Below, piece after piece: positions 25,898 through 32,000 of a stretch of 32,000 nucleotides of DNA (within the stretch, counting starts at the first letter, position 1; each line of letters opens with the position of its first letter). The position numbers and the translations under genes were made by a program. The DNA is from Pyrodictium occultum (GTDB lineage: Archaea > Thermoproteota > Thermoprotei_A > Sulfolobales > Pyrodictiaceae), in contig NZ_LNTB01000001.1 in the NCBI RefSeq assembly GCF_001462395.1, positions 60,001 through 92,000 of the forward strand, in the 5' to 3' direction. The notes beneath the pieces are model-generated. The model had not been told where the DNA came from and made no database searches. It worked only from the letters and a program-made list of their open reading frames with translations.

Positions 25898-26377
25898 TTG
25901 TCTATGCAGGTTACAGTGAAGTATGACGACGTATATAAAGCGCTCGAGCCTCTGAGAGGCATAAAGCTCCGTGGAAGCATTCAAGGGCCTCCCCTTTCGA
26001 GGCTCCCGCTCCGCGAGATAGTGGAGAAGGGACTAGGCCACGCGGTAGTGGGCGTTGAGGAGTACAGGGGCTCAAGGATAGTCGGGGTAAGGATAACAGA
26101 CAAGCTCTACCTGGCCTGCCACTTCGGCACCGAGCAGCCCGACGACTTCTGCGTAGCCCTTGAGGCAGAGGACGCCTGGAAGAGGATAACCGATGCAGCC
26201 GACAAGCTCTCAAGGCTGATGAAGGAGTCTTATACGCTCACCCTGTCCGCCATAATCCATGCTCTGCAGGGCATACTCTCGGCCGAGGAGGAGGAAGTAG
26301 AGGAGATAAGCGACCCCGACCAGGTTATAGAGGAGCTGCTTACATGGCTGCCAGAATACATCGCTGTGACGGAGTAG
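25898..26377 (+). CDS. hypothetical protein with acidic C-terminus
   Basis: 159-aa ORF (TTG 25898 or ATG 25904). No motif recognised. Confidence 0.4.
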   Translation: MSMQVTVKYDDVYKALEPLRGIKLRGSIQGPPLSRLPLREIVEKGLGHAVVGVEEYRGSRIVGVRITDKLYLACHFGTEQPDDFCVALEAEDAWKRITDAADKLSRLMKESYTLTLSAIIHALQGILSAEEEEVEEISDPDQVIEELLTWLPEYIAVTE

Positions 26378-26552
26378 GTTCTCCTCTCCAAGCGTTTTGT
26401 GCCCCAGGGCTACGGGGCCTGGAACGGATACCCGGGGTCATCCCCCTTCTGCGCCGTTACGCGGCGCAGTCACCCCGGGCGATACCCGGGCCATGACCAA
26501 TTACCGCTCCCGGCCCTCCTAATTAAATCGTAGCCTGGCGCCTAGGCTGTGA

Positions 26553-26925
26553 ACCGGCCAGGAGGAGCAGATGGCAGGGGGTTGCCGAGGGCCCGCGCGG
26601 CCCCCGCACGCCAGCCGTAGGGGCCCAGGGCAGGGGGCCCGGCCGTTGCCTCACCCCGTGGCCCCGCGAACGCCGGGCGTCCGGGGTTAGGTTGCTCCCT
26701 TCCGGGCCTGGCCTGGTTCCCCCGGTAAGGGCGGTAGCCTCCCTCCCTCCGGAGGGGGCTCCGCCGCCGCCGGCCCCGCGGGACGGGGGTCATGGGTCGG
26801 CCGGGTCTGCCCTGGACCACTACGGCCGACGTGCGGGTTACTGGCCCCCGCATTACGCCCATTTCGGGGCTCGGGGGAGGGCGAGCCCCCGGCCCTACCC
26901 GCGCGGAGCCCTCCTCGGCCCCCCG
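26553..26925 (-). ncRNA. SRP_RNA: signal recognition particle RNA (7S/SRP RNA)
   Basis: The minus strand carries the universally conserved helix-8 sequence CCAGGCCCGGAAGGGAGCAAC (reverse complement of 26691-26711, with a GGAA tetraloop). The 5' GGCCGAGGAGG can pair with the 3' CCTCCTGGCC. A TATA box lies ~25 nt upstream. The region is extremely GC-rich and holds only Pro/Gly/Arg junk ORFs. Ends are approximate (about +/-10 nt). Confidence 0.8.
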
Positions 26926-27527
26926 GGATTTTCCCCTAGGCCCGCTCTTATATCGCTTGTAATCCATGCGAGTAGGTGCCACCAGCCATAGTCGATGAAG
27001 GGGCCTAGGCAGGGCCCCTTGGTGAGCATGCATGCAGCTCTCACAAGCCTGCCCGCGAGCAGCGCTACCGGGGCCACGGGCTCCCGGGTTTCCGGCCTCT
27101 CCGGCGGCTCAAGGCTATCGAGTATCCTCGCCTCCGCCCGGAGCCCCCTAGCCTGGAGGAGCCTGGCAATCAGTTCCAGGTCTTCGGACTGCCCCCTCAC
27201 TAGCCGGCGGGCCTTCAACGCCACAAGCATTACACGGTCCAGGCCGCGCCTCTCAAGCTCCTCGGCCACGGCGGCGGCGGTGACCGAGGGCGGTATGTGG
27301 GCCGCGTTAACCCCCTTCTCTCGGAGGCTGAGCCAGTGCCCACCCCGGGTGAACATGAGCAGGTAGACACGTCTACACCTACTACACCTCTTGAACTCCC
27401 TGAGCGGGATGGCCTCCAGCTCTACCCCTGCCAGCTCTCTTATACGTGCAGCCAGCTCCTGCACCCTCCGGTGCTCCGAGGGATCCCCGGGCTCGTGGTA
27501 GACTATGAGGAACTCTGGCTCCCCCAT
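26895..27527 (-). CDS. cbiX: CbiX-like (sirohydrochlorin chelatase fold) protein with a non-conserved-looking C-terminal tail
   Basis: FLIVYHEPGDPSEHRRVQELAARIRE and VYLLMFTRGGHWLS resemble the two CbiX(S) motifs (vGHGS...; PlfL..G.H). It is divergent from hemB. The last ~60 aa run through the SRP RNA promoter and about 30 nt of the SRP RNA itself. Confidence 0.45.
   Translation of the reverse strand: MGEPEFLIVYHEPGDPSEHRRVQELAARIRELAGVELEAIPLREFKRCSRCRRVYLLMFTRGGHWLSLREKGVNAAHIPPSVTAAAVAEELERRGLDRVMLVALKARRLVRGQSEDLELIARLLQARGLRAEARILDSLEPPERPETREPVAPVALLAGRLVRAACMLTKGPCLGPFIDYGWWHLLAWITSDIRAGLGENPGGPRRAPRG
26947..26955 (-). promoter_or_regulatory. TATA box candidate (minus strand CGATATAAG) for SRP RNA
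   Basis: This is the only AT-rich element upstream of the SRP RNA 5' helix. It lies inside the 3' end of the CbiX-like ORF. Confidence 0.45.
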
Positions 27528-27603
27528 AGCGTCCAGACCCAGTAACCGGTAACTCCTCTTGCTGAGCCCTGGCGCTATGTAATAGATTAGCGCTGTGGCA
27601 GCA

Positions 27604-27612
27604 CCTATAATC
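27604..27612 (+). promoter_or_regulatory. TATA box candidate (CCTATAATC) for hemB
   Basis: It is centred ~30 nt upstream of ATG 27639. The 13-mer GATTAGCGCTGTG (27585-27597) abuts it on the upstream side. Confidence 0.45.
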
Positions 27613-27638
27613 CCTGGTGGTGCGCCTATACCTCGTGG

Positions 27639-28688
27639 ATGCCCAGGCTGCCCCTAGCAATGGTGTCTGCCATGCCCAGGTTCCCCGAGCTGCGTCCCCG
27701 TAGGCTAAGGCTGACCAAGGCGATAAGGGACCTCGTGGCAGAGACGGCGCTCACGGTGAACGACCTCATATACCCCGTATTCGTCCGTGAGGGCATCAAC
27801 GAGCCCGAGCCCATAGCGGCAATGCCCGGCCAGTACCGCTACCCTGTCGAGAAGGTAACGGATATAGTGTCGAGCGCTCTAGAGCTCGGCGTCAAGGCCT
27901 TCATCCTCTTCGGGGTGGTCCCGGACGAGAAGAAGGACCATACGGGCAGCTACGCTTACGACCCCCGGGGCCCGGTGCCTAGAGCCATTAAGGCTATACG
28001 CCGCGACTTCGGCGAGGAGCCCCTGATCTTCACCGATGTATGCATATGCGGGTATACGAGCCACGGGCACTGCGGGATACCCGTTGAAAAGAGAGGCAGG
28101 AAGCTGATAGACAACGACTCGACGCTCGAGGTCATATCCAGGATGGCTGTCACCCACGCGGAGGCCGGCGCGGACTTCGTAGCGCCCTCGGGAATGATGG
28201 ATGGGATGGTTAAGGCTATACGAGAGGCCCTCGACCGGGAGGGGTTCAGCGAGGTAGGCATAATGAGCTACGCGGTGAAGTATGCTAGCGGCTTCTATGG
28301 CCCCTTCCGAGAGGCTGCCGGCTCCGCCCCCAGGTTCGGGGACCGGAGGAGCTACCAGATGGACCCCCGCAACGCTATGGAGGCTATAAAGGAGTCTATG
28401 CTCGATGTTGAGGAGGGCGCCGACATACTGATGGTCAAGCCTGCCCTGGCCTACCTTGACGTGATAAGGCTGGTCAAGGAGAGTTTTCCCCACTACCCGC
28501 TGGCAGCCTATAACGTGAGTGGCGAGTACTCGATGGTGAAGGCTGCGGCCGAGAAGGGCTGGGTCGACGAGAAGCTGGTCACCTTCGAGATACTCACGGC
28601 GATCAAGAGGGCCGGTGCGGACCTAATACTAACCTACCATGCGCTCGACGTGGCGAGATGGCTCCGCGAGGGCTACAACCCGTTCTAA
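27639..28688 (+). CDS. hemB: porphobilinogen synthase (delta-aminolevulinate dehydratase), Zn-type
   Basis: It has RPRRLR near the N-terminus and the Cys-rich Zn site DVCICGYTSHGHCG. The Schiff-base Lys context is also present (YAVKYASGFYGPFR, MVKPA). Alternative ATGs lie at 27660 and 27672. Confidence 0.9.
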   Translation: MPRLPLAMVSAMPRFPELRPRRLRLTKAIRDLVAETALTVNDLIYPVFVREGINEPEPIAAMPGQYRYPVEKVTDIVSSALELGVKAFILFGVVPDEKKDHTGSYAYDPRGPVPRAIKAIRRDFGEEPLIFTDVCICGYTSHGHCGIPVEKRGRKLIDNDSTLEVISRMAVTHAEAGADFVAPSGMMDGMVKAIREALDREGFSEVGIMSYAVKYASGFYGPFREAAGSAPRFGDRRSYQMDPRNAMEAIKESMLDVEEGADILMVKPALAYLDVIRLVKESFPHYPLAAYNVSGEYSMVKAAAEKGWVDEKLVTFEILTAIKRAGADLILTYHALDVARWLREGYNPF

Positions 28689-28753
28689 TTTCTAAATCCA
28701 TTATTTCCTCCCCTGCCCGCCGGGCCAGCGCAGCCTCGAGGGCTCAAGCCAGA

Positions 28754-28763
28754 CTTTATAGAG
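28754..28763 (+). promoter_or_regulatory. TATA box candidate (CTTTATAGAG) for the PAPS-reductase-like gene
   Basis: It lies ~40 nt upstream of ATG 28799. The second copy of GATTAGCGCTGTG (28765-28777) follows immediately. Confidence 0.45.
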
Positions 28764-28798
28764 GGATTAGCGCTGTGCCAAGAAGCTAGGGGCTCTCA

Positions 28799-30058
28799 AT
28801 GGAGAGGTATCCGGCGCTGAGCAGTAGCGGCGAGGTAACAGGGTACGCTGTTTCATCGGTGGAGTTCAGTGTACTGTATAGGCCGGATGGTAGCCTGCGC
28901 GGCCGCTACCTCTGGCTGGATGCCGAGGAGGCTGTGAGGATAGACAGCTTCCTATCGGGAGGCGTGCTTGGGGCTGGCGGCGTCCAGGTGGAGTACGCGA
29001 GGCTGGTCGAGGACATACCGTGGCCCCTCGTCTACGTGGCCTGGGACCTGGATGAGTACGTTGACTGGGTCTACAGGGAGTACGGGGAGAAGCTCGAAGG
29101 CAAGACCGTGATGGTGAACTTCAGCGGGGGCAAGGACAGCACTGCAGCGCTGGCGGTGTTGGCGCGGCTGCAGGAGCGTGTCCGCGGCCTCCACGTCTAC
29201 GCGGTCTACAGCCACGTCTCCTACCTGGAGCCGCCCAGGAACATAGACTTCGCAGTCAAGGCTGCGGAGAGGCTCGGCGTGGAGATAGAGGTTGTGGAGG
29301 CTGATAGGGAGCTTATGAGGAGGAGGCTGCTGGAGGAGGGGCTCCCCTACCGTGGGAAGCGCTGGTGCACCTACATGAAGCTACGGCCTATAAAGAGGCT
29401 GAGGAAGGCTAGGAGGCCCGACGCTATAGCCGACGGGGACCGGATGACAGAGGCGTTCAAGAGGTTTAACAGGCTGTACCGGATGTCCCCCAGGAGGCCC
29501 AGGCTCTATGATGGAGGCAGGATAAGACCGATATACATATGGACTCTCCTGGACGTTGCGAAGATCGTGCGGGACCTCGGCCTAGTGCACCCGGACTACC
29601 TCCAGGGGCTGCCCCGCGTTGCATGCCTAATGTGCCCCTACAAGGCGCTCCACGAGTTTAGCGAGGATGAGATGGACCTACTCGAGGATCCGGGCCTCAT
29701 AGAGGAGGCGATTAAGACTAGCTACCGGCGCTACTACAGTGATACCGGGATCCCCTGGGAGGAGTTCCGCCGTCAACACCTCTGGAGGCATCACCCCGCT
29801 GTAGCGGTGAAGCTCTACCGAGTGAAGAAGACGGTTGAAGGCATGGATCTGGAGGAGATAAGGCGCAGCAGGCTGGAGGCAGCGTATCGCAGCCTCTGGG
29901 TCAACCCGCTGCCCAGGGCAAAGAGGGTGACGCCCGAGGAGGCGGTGGAGCTGATAGGCGAGGTCGTGGGCGGGGCCTACGAGGAGGCGGTGTCTAGGGC
30001 AGCTGAGGCCTCTAGGCTAGTTGAGGCCGAGCGGCTATCCGGGGGCCAGGGCTCCTGA
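28799..30058 (+). CDS. PAPS reductase-family PP-loop ATP pyrophosphatase-like protein with a ~100-aa N-terminal extension
   Basis: PP-loop NFSGGKDS lies at about 29123-29140. The downstream WCTYMKLRPI and the C-terminal IRPIYIWTLLDVAKIV...GLPRVACLMCP fit the PF01507-type layout. At 419 aa it is much longer than CysH. Confidence 0.7.
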   Translation: MERYPALSSSGEVTGYAVSSVEFSVLYRPDGSLRGRYLWLDAEEAVRIDSFLSGGVLGAGGVQVEYARLVEDIPWPLVYVAWDLDEYVDWVYREYGEKLEGKTVMVNFSGGKDSTAALAVLARLQERVRGLHVYAVYSHVSYLEPPRNIDFAVKAAERLGVEIEVVEADRELMRRRLLEEGLPYRGKRWCTYMKLRPIKRLRKARRPDAIADGDRMTEAFKRFNRLYRMSPRRPRLYDGGRIRPIYIWTLLDVAKIVRDLGLVHPDYLQGLPRVACLMCPYKALHEFSEDEMDLLEDPGLIEEAIKTSYRRYYSDTGIPWEEFRRQHLWRHHPAVAVKLYRVKKTVEGMDLEEIRRSRLEAAYRSLWVNPLPRAKRVTPEEAVELIGEVVGGAYEEAVSRAAEASRLVEAERLSGGQGS

Positions 30059-30082
30059 TATCCTCCGCAGGGAAGCGGGGTC

Positions 30083-30778
30083 ATGGGGGCTCCTAGGCCC
30101 ATCTACCGCTGCCGGGTCTGTGGCGTCTTCACTGAGGAGCCGGTGCACTGCGGCAAGCCTGCCGAGCTATTCATGACGCCTGAGCAGCGGCTCCGGCTGA
30201 GTAAGCTGATGAGCGCCCTCCTCCGCCACATACCTCATGAGGCGGGGCTCCAGCTGGACGAGCAGGGATGGGTCAGGGTGGAGGAGCTGGCCAGGGCTAT
30301 TAGGGAGAGGTGGAGGCGACGCGACCTCTACCAGTGGGTAACGCCGGAGCATATAGTCGCGGTTGCCCTCCTCGACCCGAAGGGAAGGTTCCAGCTCTCC
30401 GAGGACATGCGCCGCATACGGGCAGCCTACGGCCATAGTATCCGCTTAAGGCTCGGCTACCGCCCCCTCAGCAGTAGGGAGCTGCCCCAGGTCCTCTACC
30501 ATGGCACTGTTGTGGAGAACCTCCGGCCAATACTGAGGGAGGGCCTCAAGCCCATGAAGAGGCTAATGGTGCACCTCTCCGCCAGGCCCCAGGAGGCCCT
30601 CGAGGCGGCCAGGAGGCATGGAGACCGCGTAGTATTGCTGCATATAGACCCCCAGTGCCTAGCCAGCCGGGGCATCCCTGTGTATAGGGCTAGCCACGTG
30701 ATGTATCTCGCCTCCCATGTGCCCCCAGAGTGCATAAAGAGGATTGAACGTCTCCAGGGCATGGAGACCCCCGTTTAA
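30083..30778 (+). CDS. kptA: RNA 2'-phosphotransferase Tpt1/KptA, possibly with a 30-aa N-terminal Zn-ribbon-like extension
   Basis: RLSKLMSALLRHIPHEAGLQLDEQGWVRVEEL is the winged-helix N-domain. LYHGT and MVHLS are catalytic-domain motifs. The canonical N-terminus corresponds to the internal ATG 30173. The upstream 30 codons contain CRVCGVFTEEPVHCG. Confidence 0.8.
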   Translation: MGAPRPIYRCRVCGVFTEEPVHCGKPAELFMTPEQRLRLSKLMSALLRHIPHEAGLQLDEQGWVRVEELARAIRERWRRRDLYQWVTPEHIVAVALLDPKGRFQLSEDMRRIRAAYGHSIRLRLGYRPLSSRELPQVLYHGTVVENLRPILREGLKPMKRLMVHLSARPQEALEAARRHGDRVVLLHIDPQCLASRGIPVYRASHVMYLASHVPPECIKRIERLQGMETPV

Positions 30779-30804
30779 GAGAAGGGCCCGGGGCAGGGGC
30801 CGCA

Positions 30805-31608
30805 TTGAGCGCGAAGTTCAGCCTCAACGGGCTACGTGTGCTGGTAACAGCCTCCACCAGGGGCATAGGCTTCTACGTGGCCCGGGGCCTTGCATCCTGG
30901 GGTGCCAGGGTAGCCATAGTGGGGCGCAGCAGAGAGTCGCTGACAAGAGCTGCCAGGGAGATAGTGAAAGCCTCCGGGGAGGAGCCCCTAGCGCTCATAG
31001 CCGATATGAGGAGGAGGGAGGACCTGGAGCGGCTCGTAGATGAGGCGTGGAGCGGCCTGGGAGGCCTAGACGCCCTCGTATTCAATGTTGGCAACGTGTC
31101 CTGCGAGCCATGCTACCTGGACCAGGCGGGCTACGAGGACTGGATGGAGGCTGCTCAGCTCCACCTCATAGCCCCGGGCTACCTGACGAGCCTCCTCCTG
31201 CCGAGGTTTCTCGAGCAGGGCCGCGGCTCGCTCATATACCTCTCATCGGTGACCGTTAAGGAGCCGATGCCGCACTTCACGCTCGCCGACACGGCCCGCG
31301 CGGGGCTGGTGCAGCTCGCCAAGAGTCTCGCCCGCCACTACGGCGGCAGGGGTATACGGGCGAACACCATACTCATGGGCAGCTTCGATACCCCTGGCGC
31401 CAGGAGCAACATAAGGAAGCTGGCCGAAATGAAGGGGGTCGAATTTGAGGAGGCGTGGCGCCGCTGGGTGATAGAGCTCACCCCTATGAGGAGGGTCGGC
31501 AGGCCGGAGGAGATAGCGGGGCTTGTAGCCTTCCTGCTGAGCGACGTGTCGGGCTACATCAATGGCTCTACGATAGTCATAGACGGGGCTATGACGGGGT
31601 GCGTGTAG
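30805..31608 (+). CDS. short-chain dehydrogenase/reductase-fold protein (atypical: no YxxxK)
   Basis: The Rossmann motif is VTASTRGIG with a TTG start. The Ser region YLSSV is present. Where YxxxK is expected, the sequence reads LADTARAGL. Confidence 0.75.
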   Translation: MSAKFSLNGLRVLVTASTRGIGFYVARGLASWGARVAIVGRSRESLTRAAREIVKASGEEPLALIADMRRREDLERLVDEAWSGLGGLDALVFNVGNVSCEPCYLDQAGYEDWMEAAQLHLIAPGYLTSLLLPRFLEQGRGSLIYLSSVTVKEPMPHFTLADTARAGLVQLAKSLARHYGGRGIRANTILMGSFDTPGARSNIRKLAEMKGVEFEEAWRRWVIELTPMRRVGRPEEIAGLVAFLLSDVSGYINGSTIVIDGAMTGCV

Positions 31609-31621
31609 CCCCTCCCGGGGG

Positions 31622-32000
31622 CTAGAGGGGCAGGCGGGAGAGCGTCTCCACCCTGTAAGTGGCGCTACAGCGGTCTCCCCTCTCTCCGGCTACACCAGTT
31701 AGCACGAGCACGCTGTCTATGCCAAGCCTCCTGGCGGCCTCTATGTCGGTGTCGCAGCGGTCCCCTATTGCCAGAGCCTCTCCCGGCTCTACGCCCCTCT
31801 CCTCAAGCACAAGACGGTACATGTAGGGGTTGGGCTTCCCGGCCACAAACAACGCCCTTGTACCGGTGGACCTCTCGAGCGCCGCTAGTATTGCCCCCGC
31901 GCCGGGCACATCGCCCTTCTCGGCAGGCATTGAGGCGTCGTCATTGGCTGCCACTAGCTTGGCCCCGCACCTTCTCACAGCAGTGTGGGCAGCCTTAAGC
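31622..32000 (-). CDS. HAD superfamily subfamily IIA hydrolase (NagD-like), 3' part only; gene continues past the window edge
   Basis: GKPNPYMYRLVLEERGV...ALAIGDRCDTDIEAARRLGIDSVLVLTGV is the HAD motif III/IV region. The frame stays open to nt 32000 upstream of the track's GTG start. Confidence 0.7.
   Translation of the reverse strand, partial: LKAAHTAVRRCGAKLVAANDDASMPAEKGDVPGAGAILAALERSTGTRALFVAGKPNPYMYRLVLEERGVEPGEALAIGDRCDTDIEAARRLGIDSVLVLTGVAGERGDRCSATYRVETLSRLPL

Noticed and set aside
26542-27033. ORFs 26542..27033(-) and 26692..26991(+)
   Set aside because: Both lie on the SRP RNA gene. Their Pro/Gly/Arg-rich translations reflect the ~75% GC structured RNA.

Overview
High-GC, very gene-dense chromosomal segment that reads as a hyperthermophilic crenarchaeon, probably Desulfurococcales/Pyrodictiaceae-like. 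That placement is an inference from gene content: crenarchaeal eL38 and Rpo8/RpoG, a group II chaperonin, FBP aldolase/phosphatase, intron-bearing tRNAs and TATA-box promoters close to start codons. Content is mainly housekeeping. Translation and RNA genes are eL38, eS17, NAC, ABCE1, a Fap7-like kinase, Cgi121, ArcTGT, an NSUN m5C methyltransferase, Tpt1/KptA, aCPSF2, an Sm-like protein and a translin-like protein. Also present are Rpo8, a thermosome subunit, the gluconeogenic pair fbp-tpiA, tetrapyrrole genes (hemB and a CbiX-like gene), a purine PRTase, a C-N hydrolase and an APC permease. The ORF track cannot show five RNA genes, all assigned by hand. Four are tRNAs that all encode CCA: Pro-CGG with a non-canonical 47-nt intron, Tyr-GUA with an 84-nt intron, Ser-GCU and Arg-CCG. 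The fifth is an SRP (7S) RNA on the minus strand at about 26553-26925, which explains a block of Pro/Gly/Arg-rich junk ORFs. I saw no CRISPR array, transposase, integrase or recognisable defence island. The most unusual items are listed here. (1) A self-contained mini-locus at about 14340-14580 encodes a 37-codon Glu/Trp-only repeat peptide on a 30-nt purine tandem repeat. (2) An APC permease is fused in frame to a minimal nucleotidyltransferase domain. (3) A tight cluster holds a PAPS-reductase-like PP-loop protein, Tpt1 with a possible Zn-ribbon extension and an SDR lacking YxxxK. (4) A TATA-adjacent 13-mer is shared by the hemB and PAPS-reductase-like promoters. (5) Two stretches are unusually long and ORF-poor (17408-18263 and 22315-23237). 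All functional calls rest on motif-level recognition, not database searches. Start codons are often uncertain by tens of nt.
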